61,710 nt of DNA from a candidate division TM6 bacterium UASB340. Lineage in GTDB: Bacteria; Babelota; Babeliae; Babelales; UASB340. The stretch is taken from assembly GCA_001468925.1 (NCBI GenBank), contig LDIX01000006.1:1-61710 (forward strand), read 5' to 3'. Under the pieces are notes generated by a model. It saw only the letters and a list, made by a program, of their open reading frames with translations, had not been told where the DNA came from and ran no database searches. Shown in pieces: positions 17,342 through 27,438 of this stretch (position 1 is the stretch's first letter; each line of letters begins with the position of its first letter). Made by a program: the position numbers and the translations under genes.

Positions 17342-18901
17342 TTGAAGAGTTTTTTAAAAAAAGAAGAACAAGCTTTTCAAGAAATAAAAAAGCAATTTGA
17401 AAATGATGGTAAGCTTGTTTATGCAGGTGAGTTATTAAAACTTGCATATCAAAAGTATGCAGATAATATTGCACTTATAGATCCGGAAAAGCAGATTACT
17501 TACAGAGAATTTTACTACAGGACAGTTCTTTTTAGTAAAAAATTAGAATCTTGTGGGATTAAAAAATTTGATAAAGTGATTATATATTCCGGTAATAGTA
17601 TTGAGTATTATATTGCCTATTTTGCTATTTGGCAGATAGGAGCTATTGTTGTTCCTGTTAATATTTTTTTACATGAAAAAGAATTTTTGTATGTGGTGAA
17701 CAATTGTTCTGCTAAAGCCATTTTTATTTCGGATGAACTTAAATCCAAATTTGATTTATTACCAAAAAATGAAATCCCAAGCATAAATATAGTTTTAACT
17801 GATTTGGATATTGATTGGGATTCTAATGTTGAAAAAAACATTGATTTTGAAGTAATAACTCAAGAGTCGGATCAATTAGCTTTGATTTTATATACATCAG
17901 GTACAACAGGAAAGCCAAAGGGTGTAATGCTTTCTTCTAAAAACATAATGACCAATAGTTTGCAAGATTACGTAAGATTAATGTCAACTAACAAGCGAAA
18001 AAATGAACGTTTCTTTTCAGTTTTACCATTATTTCATGTTTTTGCTCAAAATACTTGTATGTGGCTTCCTGTAATGACCGGTTCTACAATGATTATTGTA
18101 AAAAAAATAGATAGAAAGCTTATACTAAATGGACTTAAACAAAAACCAACAATATTTTTAGGGTTTCCGGCATTATTTGGATTGCTTTGTTTACTAAAAA
18201 CAGCTCCTTTGGATTCTATAAGAATGTTTATATCCGGAGCAGATGCTATGTCGGATAAAATTAGATCTGCATTTGGATTGATTTATGGTAGAAAAATTTG
18301 TGCAGGTTACGGTTTAACTGAAGCGGCTCCAGTTATTGCTGTAAATCATGAAAACGAAACTTTGGCCACTCAATATGTTGGTTACCCGCTTACTGGTTTA
18401 GAGTGTGATATAAGAGATGATGTTGGTAACAGTTTACCTAAAGGTCAGATTGGAACTCTTTGGGTTAAAGGCGATAATGTAATGATGGGTTATTATCAAT
18501 CACCGGAAGAAACTGAAAAAGTTTTAAAAGATGGTTGGTTGAATACCGGTGATCTTGGGTCAATTAATAAAGATGGTTATTTGGCTATTAAAGGTAGAAT
18601 AAAAGATTTAATTATTCATAAAGGGTTTAATATTTACCCTCAAGAAATAGAAAATGTACTTTTATCACATCCTAAGGTTATGCAGGCAGCAGTTATAGGA
18701 AAAGAAGATCCTGATACTGGTCAAATTCCTGTTGCTTTTGTTGCGTCAAAAGAAAATGTTGATAATTTGGAGAGTATATTAAGAGATCTATGTGCATCTA
18801 ATTTGGCAAGCTATAAAATACCCAAAAAAATTATTTGCTTGAATGAATTGCCAATGAATGCTACAGGTAAAATAGATAAAAAAATATTACAGAATTATTA
18901 A
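17342..18901 (+). CDS. AMP-dependent acyl-CoA synthetase / long-chain fatty acid-CoA ligase
   Basis: LYTSGTTGKPKGV AMP-binding motif, GYGLTEA, and a C-terminal ...ATGKIDKK. TTG start with an AGGAGA RBS. Confidence 0.88.
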   Translation: MKSFLKKEEQAFQEIKKQFENDGKLVYAGELLKLAYQKYADNIALIDPEKQITYREFYYRTVLFSKKLESCGIKKFDKVIIYSGNSIEYYIAYFAIWQIGAIVVPVNIFLHEKEFLYVVNNCSAKAIFISDELKSKFDLLPKNEIPSINIVLTDLDIDWDSNVEKNIDFEVITQESDQLALILYTSGTTGKPKGVMLSSKNIMTNSLQDYVRLMSTNKRKNERFFSVLPLFHVFAQNTCMWLPVMTGSTMIIVKKIDRKLILNGLKQKPTIFLGFPALFGLLCLLKTAPLDSIRMFISGADAMSDKIRSAFGLIYGRKICAGYGLTEAAPVIAVNHENETLATQYVGYPLTGLECDIRDDVGNSLPKGQIGTLWVKGDNVMMGYYQSPEETEKVLKDGWLNTGDLGSINKDGYLAIKGRIKDLIIHKGFNIYPQEIENVLLSHPKVMQAAVIGKEDPDTGQIPVAFVASKENVDNLESILRDLCASNLASYKIPKKIICLNELPMNATGKIDKKILQNY

Positions 18902-18922
18902 AAAAAAAGGTAGAAGAAATAT

Positions 18923-20191
18923 ATGTCGATATTATATATAGAAATCATAGTATTTTTTTTTGCATTAACTTTTGCTGCGTTATTTGCTTTTTTGGAGACG
19001 GCATTTACAGCTCTAAGACTTTTTAAAGTAAAAGAGTTGAGTGTTAAAAAAGATAAATATAAGAGTTTGTTTGATACTTGGGAAGCAAATCCTCAAAGAA
19101 TATTAATTACTATATTAATTGCAAATAATTTTGCACATGTACTGTCTTCCGTTTTAGTTGCCGAAATTATGGAACGCTTATTTGGTGGTATTGGATTGAT
19201 GGTTGGTGTATTATTGGCAACCCTCATAATTTTAATATTTGGTGAAATAATTCCAAAAACCGTTGCTAAGGCAAATAACGAAACAATATTCAATTATTCT
19301 TTAGGTTTAATTTTTTTACTTTATAAAATATTGTATCCGGTTGTATCAATGCTTCTTGGAATTGCTAATTTTATATTTGCAAAAATCGGTAAAGAAAATA
19401 TTTTCAAAAAAGCTCAGGATGAGATATCTGAAAAAGAGCTTAGATTTCTTATTGATTACAGTGATGAAAAAGGTTTAATAGAAGCTGAAAAGAGTGAAAT
19501 GCTTCAAAATATATTTGGGCTTGGCCAAACTTTGGTTGATGAAATAATGGTGCCAAGAGTCGATATGATACTAATTGATGCAAATACAAGTTTACAACAG
19601 GCAATGGATCTTTATACAAAAAGTAGATTTTCAAGAATTCCTGTTTATGAAGGTAATGAAGAAAATATTATAGGAATAATACATCAAAAAGATGTCTTTG
19701 ATATTATTTCAACAAATAAAGAATCAAAAAAAATAGTCAAAGATATTTTAAGACCGGTTTTATTTGTTCCTGAAACTCAAAAAATAAATCAATTATTGAG
19801 TGAGTTTTTACATAAACGCATGCACATGGCAATAATTATTGATGAATATGGAACTATTTCTGGACTTGTAACACTTGAAGACGTACTGGAAGAGATTGTA
19901 GGCGAAATTCGCGATGAACATGAAAGTGTCAGATCTGAATTTATTCCTATGGAAACCGGTGGTTGGGTTGTTGATGCCAAAATTAGTTTGGAAAAATTGA
20001 GTGAATTTTTAGGTATAGCTTTTGATACACAAGAATCAAATACTCTTGCAGGTTTTTTGTCAGAAAAAATGCAGCATTTACCTAAAAAGGGTGAGCGATT
20101 TGTTTATGCCGGATATTGCTTCCAGGTGCAGCAAGCTACACCCAGAAGAATTTTACAAGTTTTAGTTTTTGAAGAAAAACAAGAGAATTAA
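18923..20191 (+). CDS. CNNM/CorC/TlyC-family transporter (DUF21 + CBS pair + CorC_HlyC)
   Basis: 422 aa. N-terminal 4-TM DUF21 region, a CBS pair (MVPRVDM..., RIPVYEG...) and a C-terminal transporter-associated domain. Confidence 0.85.
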   Translation: MSILYIEIIVFFFALTFAALFAFLETAFTALRLFKVKELSVKKDKYKSLFDTWEANPQRILITILIANNFAHVLSSVLVAEIMERLFGGIGLMVGVLLATLIILIFGEIIPKTVAKANNETIFNYSLGLIFLLYKILYPVVSMLLGIANFIFAKIGKENIFKKAQDEISEKELRFLIDYSDEKGLIEAEKSEMLQNIFGLGQTLVDEIMVPRVDMILIDANTSLQQAMDLYTKSRFSRIPVYEGNEENIIGIIHQKDVFDIISTNKESKKIVKDILRPVLFVPETQKINQLLSEFLHKRMHMAIIIDEYGTISGLVTLEDVLEEIVGEIRDEHESVRSEFIPMETGGWVVDAKISLEKLSEFLGIAFDTQESNTLAGFLSEKMQHLPKKGERFVYAGYCFQVQQATPRRILQVLVFEEKQEN

Positions 20192-21489
20192 CAATTTTTT
20201 TTGCGTTCATTAATTTTAAATAAAGCAAATCCTGCTAATTGAAGCATTATTAAAGGAGATAAGAACAATAATCTTTCAGTTGTTGTGGCTCCAATTTTTA
20301 TCCAGCTGTAATAAGTAGCGATCATTAAAGATCCAAAACCCAAAATAGTTGGAATAAGTTCCCATTTAAAATTTCGTTTTCTTTGTATTAACAGCAATGA
20401 TATGAGCATTAATGTGAATGTTGTAATTAAACTCATATTGCATAAAGAGTTTAATATTATTGTATTGTTTGTTAACGTAATCATAGTAAAAACTGTAAGT
20501 CCTGTAAGTATTATTGCATATTTAGGTCTATCATATTTATTTAATTTTTTTAATTTATCTGATCTGGGAAATAAGTTATTTTCTATCATAGATTGTAAAT
20601 TTGAGGAATTTGTAAGCATCACACCAAAGATAGAATTGAGCAAGCTTATTAATATTGCAGATGATATAAAGCTTGAAGAAATTCTACGTAAAAATTCATT
20701 TTTTATATTTAAAAAATTTGTAAAACCATAAGTTTTATATTGAATCAAATTTTCAGGCGACATAATTAATAATAAACTTAAATGAAAGAGTGTATAAATC
20801 AATGCCGTTGCTAAGAAACTTATTAAAATTACTTTTGCCGGCGTATTTTTATCACCTTTTATTAAGTGACTTATTCCACAAGCTGATTCAAAACCCCAAA
20901 ATCCAAAAAGAGCCAATGGAATTGTAAATTTTAATGTACTTGCGTTTTGAAAATTTAAATGAAAGTTATTTGAATTAAAATAGAAAAATATTAAAAAAAT
21001 CACGAATAATAAAGGCATTAATTTTACTATAGTCATTATGCTTTGTATCTTGCTTATGTATTTAAGACTTAACAGATTTAATAAACAAAATAAGGAGATA
21101 AAAACTATATTAAAAATTATTGGACGATTGTAAAAAAGTGTAATGTGGAATTGTTGCGGTAAAAAATCATACAAAAATAAAAACAACATTCCGGATGTTG
21201 CTGAAAAACCTAAAAAGTATGACCAGCCACTTATAAAACCTGCTCCTCGCCCTAAGCTTTGATTTGTGTAACTAAAAAAACTGCCAATACCATCAAATAG
21301 CTTTGTTAATTGTGCTATGCTGTATACAACAGGTAAAAAAATTAAGGCCACCAACGTCCAACCTAAAAAACTAAAACTTCCACTTTGTTGAGCCATATAT
21401 GAAGGCATAAGATATATTCCTATACCGATCATGATGTTTATACTCACAAGAATGGCTGTTAACATTGACATTTTATTCGTATCTTGCAT
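20188..21489 (-). CDS. APC-superfamily amino acid permease
   Basis: 433 aa with about 12 hydrophobic segments and an amino-acid permease-like N-terminus (LTAILVSINIMIGIGIY). Substrate unknown. Confidence 0.75.
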   Translation of the reverse strand: MQDTNKMSMLTAILVSINIMIGIGIYLMPSYMAQQSGSFSFLGWTLVALIFLPVVYSIAQLTKLFDGIGSFFSYTNQSLGRGAGFISGWSYFLGFSATSGMLFLFLYDFLPQQFHITLFYNRPIIFNIVFISLFCLLNLLSLKYISKIQSIMTIVKLMPLLFVIFLIFFYFNSNNFHLNFQNASTLKFTIPLALFGFWGFESACGISHLIKGDKNTPAKVILISFLATALIYTLFHLSLLLIMSPENLIQYKTYGFTNFLNIKNEFLRRISSSFISSAILISLLNSIFGVMLTNSSNLQSMIENNLFPRSDKLKKLNKYDRPKYAIILTGLTVFTMITLTNNTIILNSLCNMSLITTFTLMLISLLLIQRKRNFKWELIPTILGFGSLMIATYYSWIKIGATTTERLLFLSPLIMLQLAGFALFKINERKKNC

Positions 21490-21653
21490 GAGAGTTCTCC
21501 CCGTATTTATTAAATTTTACAAAACTACATGATAGCAAAATGAGTAAAAAAGTATATTGGTGCTTTATCGTTACTTGAAAAAATGAAAAGCTGTGTTACG
21601 CTTGATCATGTTGTTAACGTAAAAGAACTATATTTACTAAAGAAAGGGTTTAT

Positions 21654-22691
21654 ATGTATAGTTTTGTGAAAAAATACTTGGGTGTTTTTGTTGCAGTATT
21701 AACAGTGATTTTATTTGTTGGTTGTGGCGAAAAAAGTAAAAAAGAATCGGTATCTGCTTTAGATCCAGTAAAAGAACAAGCTGGAAATAGTATTGTTTTA
21801 TTAAATGTAGATGGTAAACAAGCAATATCTGAAGATGATTTTAATAAACACTTAGCTCAAATGCTTCAAGCAAATCCGTATTTCAGAGGTGCTTCTGCTG
21901 AAAGTCTACCAAAAGAATTAAAACGTAAATTTTTTGATGAACTTGTAAAACAAGAATTAATAATTGCTTGGGCAAACAAAAATAATGTCGACGCTGATAC
22001 AGAATTTCAGAAAAATTATGAAGAACTTAAAAAATTGGTAAGAAGATCGTTATTGGTACAAGCATACGAAAAGAAACTTTTTGAAGGTGTTGATGTTACC
22101 GATGCAGAAATTAAAAACCATTTTGACAAAAACAAAGACAAATTTGTAAAAGATCAGGGTGGTATTTTGGTCGAAGGTGTTGAATTTGCAAATGATGCAG
22201 ATGCATTATTGTTTTTAAACAAAGTATCTGTAAAAGAATCTGATTTTAAGAAAATGGCTAAATTAAGCTTTGAAAAATCATATAAGAGTTTTAACCGTGT
22301 TGCTGAAAAACAGTCTGCAGAATATAGTGTAAGTATTCCTAAAGAGATTAAAGAAAAAGTTTTAGCTTTAACAAAATATCCTTCAATAATTAAAGTTGCA
22401 GTCAATGGTAAAGTTTGGGTAATTCATGCTTTTGATAAAAAAGATACTGTTTATTTTGATCTAAATGAAATCAAAGACCAACTTAAAGAAATGCTTAAGA
22501 TGAATAAATTTAGAGATATTTTAAATGAAAATGTCGATAAATTAAGAAAAGAATTTACATTAGATATTAATGAAGATTATTTTAAAGAAGCCGTATCTCA
22601 GATGCCGGGTGCAGGTGCAACATCTGAAGAACAAGAAATTGGTCAAGTTGTAGAAGAAGAAATTCCAGCAGAAAAGCCTGCAGCAGCTTAA
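21654..22691 (+). CDS. SurA/PrsA-like periplasmic chaperone lipoprotein with degenerate parvulin-like domain
   Basis: Lipobox-like ILFVG/C. SurA-N-like helical region. Central region resembles a parvulin fold (…DFKKMAKLS…NGKVWVIHAF) but lacks the first catalytic His motif. Confidence 0.6.
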   Translation: MYSFVKKYLGVFVAVLTVILFVGCGEKSKKESVSALDPVKEQAGNSIVLLNVDGKQAISEDDFNKHLAQMLQANPYFRGASAESLPKELKRKFFDELVKQELIIAWANKNNVDADTEFQKNYEELKKLVRRSLLVQAYEKKLFEGVDVTDAEIKNHFDKNKDKFVKDQGGILVEGVEFANDADALLFLNKVSVKESDFKKMAKLSFEKSYKSFNRVAEKQSAEYSVSIPKEIKEKVLALTKYPSIIKVAVNGKVWVIHAFDKKDTVYFDLNEIKDQLKEMLKMNKFRDILNENVDKLRKEFTLDINEDYFKEAVSQMPGAGATSEEQEIGQVVEEEIPAEKPAAA

Positions 22692-22719
22692 TTAATTTAA
22701 TTTAAATTCGAATTTTTAC

Positions 22720-22752
22720 GGGAGAGATGAAAAAATCTCTCCCATTTTTTTT
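22720..22752 (+). terminator. rho-independent terminator
   Basis: GGGAGAGAT - GAAAAA - ATCTCTCCC (9-bp perfect stem) followed by A and T8, 29 nt after the stop of the preceding gene. Confidence 0.85.
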
Positions 22753-22764
22753 GGTGGGGAATTA

Positions 22765-24291
22765 ATGCATTCAAAAGTTTTTTCAGCAACTCCTGTTGGT
22801 ATAGATTCGCAAATTGTTGAAGTAGAAGCTGATTTATCAATGGGGTTGATTAAGTTTAATATTGTAGGTCTTCCGGATAAAGCAATTACGGAAAGTTCAA
22901 AACGTATACTTGCTGCGCTAAAAAACAGTGGTTTAAAAATTCCTGAAAGATTAATAACTATAAATTTAGCTCCTGCAAATCTTAAAAAACAAAATATTTT
23001 ATTTGATGTTCCCATTGCAGTTTCTATTTTGCAATCGGCAAAATTTTTAAATTTGACGTCTGAATTTATAGAAAAAAGTTTGTTTTTAGGCGAATTGGCT
23101 CTTGATGGTAAAATTCGTCCAATAAGAGGAGTTTTATCAGTTGCTCACGGAATGTTAAGAGATAATAAAAAGAGATTGATTATTCCAAAACAAAATTGTG
23201 CAGAAGCCAGTTTGATAAAAGGCATAGAAATTATAGGTGTGGAGAGTTTGGTAGAACTTGTTGAATACTTGAGAGGTCAAAAAAATATTGAGCCTACGGA
23301 GTCAACGTTTGATAAGTTTTCAGAAATAATTAAAAAACATCCGTTGGATTTTGACGAAGTTAAAGGTCAAAATATGGCTAAAAGAGCATTGCAAATTGCT
23401 GCTGCCGGAATGCATAATATTTTATTTATTGGACCTCCCGGTGCAGGTAAGACCATGCTTGCAAAAAGATTTGCTACAATTTTACCTGAAATGTCTTTTG
23501 ATGAAATAATAGAAACTACAAAAATTTATTCGATTGCAGGGCTTTTAGATAATAAATCTTTGGTTTTACACAGACCTTTTCGTTCTCCTCATCATACAAT
23601 ATCTCAAGCAGGGCTTGTTGGCGGTGGAAGTCATCCCAAACCCGGTGAAATTAGTTTGGCAAACAAAGGTGTTTTATTTTTAGATGAACTTGCTGAGTTT
23701 AAAAGAAGCACGCTTGAGGTTTTGCGTCAGCCTATGGAAAGTAAAAAAGTTTTGATATCACGAGCAAATTCATCACTTGAATATCCATCGGAATTTTTAC
23801 TTGTTGCTGCGCTTAATCCTTGCCCATGCGGTTATTATGGCGATAAAAGTGGTAAATGTGTTTGTACTAAAAATCAGATAAAAAATTATTTTGCAAAATT
23901 ATCTGGACCGCTGCTTGATAGAATTGATATTCATGTTAACGTATCTGCTGTTGATTATGATGAAATTAATAACAAAAATTTAACAAGTAAAAATTCTCTT
24001 TTAATGAAAACAGAAGTGGATAATGCGGTAAGCGTTCAGCAAAAAAGAAATGTAAAAAATGCATTTATGAGTTCTTCTGAAATAGAAAAATATTGCAAAT
24101 TAACTATTGAAGCTGAAGCGACTTTAAAGCTGGCATTTGAAAAATTAAATTTAAGTATGCGCGGATATCATAAAATATTAAAAATAGCTCGTACTATTGC
24201 AGATCTTGAAAGTTGCGATATCATAGACAAAAAGCATATAAGAGAAGCTATTATGTATAGAACTTTGGATAAAAATTCTAGTGTTTCTTAG
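22765..24291 (+). CDS. comM: YifB/ComM family Mg-chelatase-like AAA+ ATPase
   Basis: 508 aa. N-terminal Lon-protease-like domain, Walker A IGPPGAGKTML, Walker B VLFLDEL, and a Cys cluster NPCPCGYYGD...C.C. Confidence 0.88.
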   Translation: MHSKVFSATPVGIDSQIVEVEADLSMGLIKFNIVGLPDKAITESSKRILAALKNSGLKIPERLITINLAPANLKKQNILFDVPIAVSILQSAKFLNLTSEFIEKSLFLGELALDGKIRPIRGVLSVAHGMLRDNKKRLIIPKQNCAEASLIKGIEIIGVESLVELVEYLRGQKNIEPTESTFDKFSEIIKKHPLDFDEVKGQNMAKRALQIAAAGMHNILFIGPPGAGKTMLAKRFATILPEMSFDEIIETTKIYSIAGLLDNKSLVLHRPFRSPHHTISQAGLVGGGSHPKPGEISLANKGVLFLDELAEFKRSTLEVLRQPMESKKVLISRANSSLEYPSEFLLVAALNPCPCGYYGDKSGKCVCTKNQIKNYFAKLSGPLLDRIDIHVNVSAVDYDEINNKNLTSKNSLLMKTEVDNAVSVQQKRNVKNAFMSSSEIEKYCKLTIEAEATLKLAFEKLNLSMRGYHKILKIARTIADLESCDIIDKKHIREAIMYRTLDKNSSVS

Positions 24292-24320
24292 TTTAATTTT
24301 TTATTATTAAGGGAGTTTGT

Positions 24321-24680
24321 ATGAAATTTAAAATTAAGTATTTAATTTTGATAAGTGTTTTTTGTTTGCCAAATGCATATTCTATGCTGACATCAAAAAA
24401 ATTTACGCCCAAAAAAGAAGATTTAGAATTTATAGCACACTTGGCAGAAATTATTAAATTATCTAAAAATAATACAAACAAGAATATGGGATTAATAATA
24501 TTAAATGAATTACTTAAAACGACTCATAATGGTTCAAATGAAGTCGTTGGAGAATTGGAAAATTCTGAAATTAGATATCCTATTTATATAAACAATGATG
24601 AAAGTGTTTTGCCTATAAACAAAGATAATTTTGAAGAAGTTGTAGAATTATTGCGTAATCATGATTATCTTTGGGATTAA
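24321..24680 (+). CDS. small secreted protein, unknown function
   Basis: MKFKIKYLILISVFCLPNAYS/M signal-like N-terminus. GGGAG RBS. Confidence 0.6.
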   Translation: MKFKIKYLILISVFCLPNAYSMLTSKKFTPKKEDLEFIAHLAEIIKLSKNNTNKNMGLIILNELLKTTHNGSNEVVGELENSEIRYPIYINNDESVLPINKDNFEEVVELLRNHDYLWD

Positions 24681-24689
24681 AAGTAATTT

Positions 24690-25106
24690 ATGATTTTAGG
24701 TATTGGTACAGATATAGTAAAAATTTCTAGATTTAATTCTTGGAAAAATTTTTCAAAAGAACAATTATCAAATATTTTTTCAAAACAAGAATTAAACGAT
24801 ATTTTTATAGATAAAAATATTAATTTACAAATTTTGGCATCACGTTTTGCAGTAAAAGAAGCATTTTACAAAGCATTTAGTGCTGCTATTGTAAAACTGG
24901 ATTTAAATAAAAAAGAATTTTTATTTTTGTTTACTTGTAAAAATATTGAAGTAATAAAACCTGAATGGGGTGTGCCAATACTTAAAATTAATTATTCTGC
25001 TTTTGAAAATAAACTTGGTATTAAATTACCAAAATTAAATGTTGATATTTCCATATCTCATGAAAAAGATTTTGCAGTTTCATTTGTTATAATTTCTAAT
25101 AATTAA
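24690..25106 (+). CDS. acpS: holo-[acyl-carrier-protein] synthase
   Basis: MILGIGTDIVKISRF... followed by RFAVKEAFYKA, typical of AcpS. Confidence 0.85.
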   Translation: MILGIGTDIVKISRFNSWKNFSKEQLSNIFSKQELNDIFIDKNINLQILASRFAVKEAFYKAFSAAIVKLDLNKKEFLFLFTCKNIEVIKPEWGVPILKINYSAFENKLGIKLPKLNVDISISHEKDFAVSFVIISNN

Positions 25107-25182
25107 ATTTCTTGAATTAATTAAATTTATTTATTTAATATTTTTTATTTGGCTAATAAAAAACTATTGAATTGGGTTTTAC

Positions 25183-26781
25183 ATGACAAATAAAAGATTG
25201 GGAAATATAATTTCAGGATCGTTAAGCGAGGGTTTTGTAATGCGTCTTGATCCGGATTCCAATCTGGAAGATGTAAAAACAGGTAAATTTGTTTCCATAA
25301 AAGGTAAAAATTATACATTTTTTTCTTTAATTACAGATCTAGAATTACAAGTTACAAATCAGGAGATTTTACTTTTCCCGCCTGAAGAAGGCGAAGAGCT
25401 TTTGTTGGATATTTTAAAACAAAGAGATATTTATACAAAAGTATCTTTGCGACCCATGTTAATGCTTGATAAAGAAAATAATAGATTGCCGGTAAAAACT
25501 ATACCGGCACATTTTGCAAATGTATTTGATGCAAGTGCAAGAGATGTGGCATTAATTTTTGGTGAAGAAAAAGAAGATAAAAAATATTTTAATATCGGTT
25601 CTCCATTGGATATGAATACTCCTGTTTGTATAAATTTGGATCTATTTACAGAAAGAAGTAATGGGATATTTGGAAAAACCGGAACCGGAAAAACTTTTAT
25701 TACACGTTTAATTCTTGCAGGACTTGTAAAATCTGAACGTGCTGTAAATTTAATTTTTGATATGCACTCCGAATATGGTTTTCAGGCAAGAAAGGAAGGC
25801 GTTGGTCAATCTTTTGTAAAAGGTTTAAAAACATTATTTCCGGAGCGTGTAGCAATATTTTCTCTTGATCCTGATTCGACTAGAAAACGTGGTTGCTCTG
25901 CAGATGTAGAAGTTTTTTTAAGTTATCAAGATATAAGTGTTGAAGATATTGCAAGTTTACAATCGGAACTTAATTTACATCCAACTGCACTGGAAGCTGC
26001 ATATCTTATTTATGGTAAATATAAAAGAGATTGGTTGTCCGTTCTTTTAGACCAAGGTGAAACATTAAAAGAATTTGCAGTATCTGTTGGAGCACATGCT
26101 GAATCCATAGGCGCTTTATATAGAAAATTAAAAAGACTTGAACGCTTTAATTTTCTAAAAAAAGAAATAATTAAAGATTCCATTATTGAAAAACTTATTA
26201 CATATTTGGATAGAAATATAAATATAGTTTTGGAATTTGGAAATCATACATCGTTACTTTGTTATCTTTTAGTTGCAAATATTATTACAAGAAAAATTCA
26301 TAAAATTTATATAGAAAAAACTGAAAAATTTCTTTCTTCTCAAAAAAAAGAAGATGAACCAAAAAGATTGATGATTACTATTGAAGAAGCGCACAAATTT
26401 TTAAATCCAATTGCAGCAAAGCAAACAATATTTGGTAATATTGCACGTGAGATGCGTAAATACTATGTTTCACTTCTTGTTGTTGATCAGCGTCCTTCAG
26501 GAATAGATGATGAAGTTATTTCTCAAATTGGTACAAAAATTGTAGCTCTTTTAAATGATGAAAAAGATATTCAAGCCATACTTACGGGGGTTGCAAATTC
26601 ATCCGGATTAAGATCAATTTTGGCAACGCTTGATACAAAAAAACAGGTTCTTATTATGGGACATTCTGTCCCTATGCCTGTTGTTGTTCGTACTCGAGAA
26701 TATGATAATTCTTTTTATGCGGCAGTTGGCACATTTGTTACTGCACAGGATATTAAAAAAACTATAGATCAAATTTTTTAA
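25183..26781 (+). CDS. HerA-like (DUF87/FtsK-HerA superfamily) ATPase
   Basis: N-terminal HAS-barrel-like region (GNIISGSLSEGFVMRL...GKFVSIKG). Walker A GIFGKTGTGKTF. Walker B LLVVDQRPS. Confidence 0.75.
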   Translation: MTNKRLGNIISGSLSEGFVMRLDPDSNLEDVKTGKFVSIKGKNYTFFSLITDLELQVTNQEILLFPPEEGEELLLDILKQRDIYTKVSLRPMLMLDKENNRLPVKTIPAHFANVFDASARDVALIFGEEKEDKKYFNIGSPLDMNTPVCINLDLFTERSNGIFGKTGTGKTFITRLILAGLVKSERAVNLIFDMHSEYGFQARKEGVGQSFVKGLKTLFPERVAIFSLDPDSTRKRGCSADVEVFLSYQDISVEDIASLQSELNLHPTALEAAYLIYGKYKRDWLSVLLDQGETLKEFAVSVGAHAESIGALYRKLKRLERFNFLKKEIIKDSIIEKLITYLDRNINIVLEFGNHTSLLCYLLVANIITRKIHKIYIEKTEKFLSSQKKEDEPKRLMITIEEAHKFLNPIAAKQTIFGNIAREMRKYYVSLLVVDQRPSGIDDEVISQIGTKIVALLNDEKDIQAILTGVANSSGLRSILATLDTKKQVLIMGHSVPMPVVVRTREYDNSFYAAVGTFVTAQDIKKTIDQIF

Positions 26782-26799
26782 ATTTTATATTTATGTAAG

Positions 26800-26828
26800 T
26801 TGACGATTTTATATAAAAAAGTTAACTT
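26800..26828 (+). promoter_or_regulatory. candidate promoter for skp-lpxD
   Basis: TTGACG (26800-26805), a 17-nt spacer, then TAACTT (26823-26828), about 50 nt upstream of the skp ATG. Tentative. Confidence 0.25.
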
Positions 26829-26877
26829 TTGTACTTGTGGTAGATGTGTATTTTAACATGATTAAGGGAGTTTTATT

Positions 26878-27438
26878 ATGAAAAAATTTTTGAATCTTAG
26901 TTTAGCTTTTGGTTTATTATTTGGATCGATTTTTGCCGATACTGCAAATAATTCTACATTAATATCAATCGATAGTTTGACAGTTTTACAAAAATCAAAA
27001 GAAGGAAAAGTTTTAGCCGAAAAGTTACAAAAGGATATTGAAGTTTTCCAAAAAGAAGTTCAATCGGCTCAAAAAAAAGTAGCAGAGTTGCAAGAAAATA
27101 TTCAAAAACAGGCTAAAGTTTTAAGCAAAGAAGCATTGATGGAAAAGGGTGAAGAACTTGCAAATGCAAAAAAAAGAGCGGAAAGAGAATTGGGCGATAA
27201 AGATGAAGCTTTAAAAATAAAAGTACAAAGAGAACAAACAACTTTACGTGATAAACAATTAAAAGTTGCCAAAGGTTGTTTTGATAAGAATGGTTGGGGT
27301 ATGGCTATAGATGTTAATACACCCGGTGTTCTTTTTGTTAATAAAGCAATAGATAAAACAGAAGAAGTTTTAAAAGAAGTAGATGCTGCATACGAAAAAG
27401 AATTGGCAAATAAAACGAAGACAATTAAGGCTGCTTAA
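26878..27438 (+). CDS. skp: periplasmic chaperone Skp (OmpH)
   Basis: 186 aa with a signal peptide and a Lys/Glu/Gln-rich coiled-coil body. Located immediately upstream of lpxD, the classic skp-lpxD order. Confidence 0.8.
   Translation: MKKFLNLSLAFGLLFGSIFADTANNSTLISIDSLTVLQKSKEGKVLAEKLQKDIEVFQKEVQSAQKKVAELQENIQKQAKVLSKEALMEKGEELANAKKRAERELGDKDEALKIKVQREQTTLRDKQLKVAKGCFDKNGWGMAIDVNTPGVLFVNKAIDKTEEVLKEVDAAYEKELANKTKTIKAA

Noticed and set aside
21490-21653. Attempts to call -35 and -10 promoters in most intergenic regions (for example 16572-16716, 21490-21653 and 53863-54105).
   Set aside because: TATAAT-like hexamers occur every few tens of nt in this composition. Only the two cases with a good TTGAC-like -35 at 17-nt spacing were kept, and even those at low confidence.
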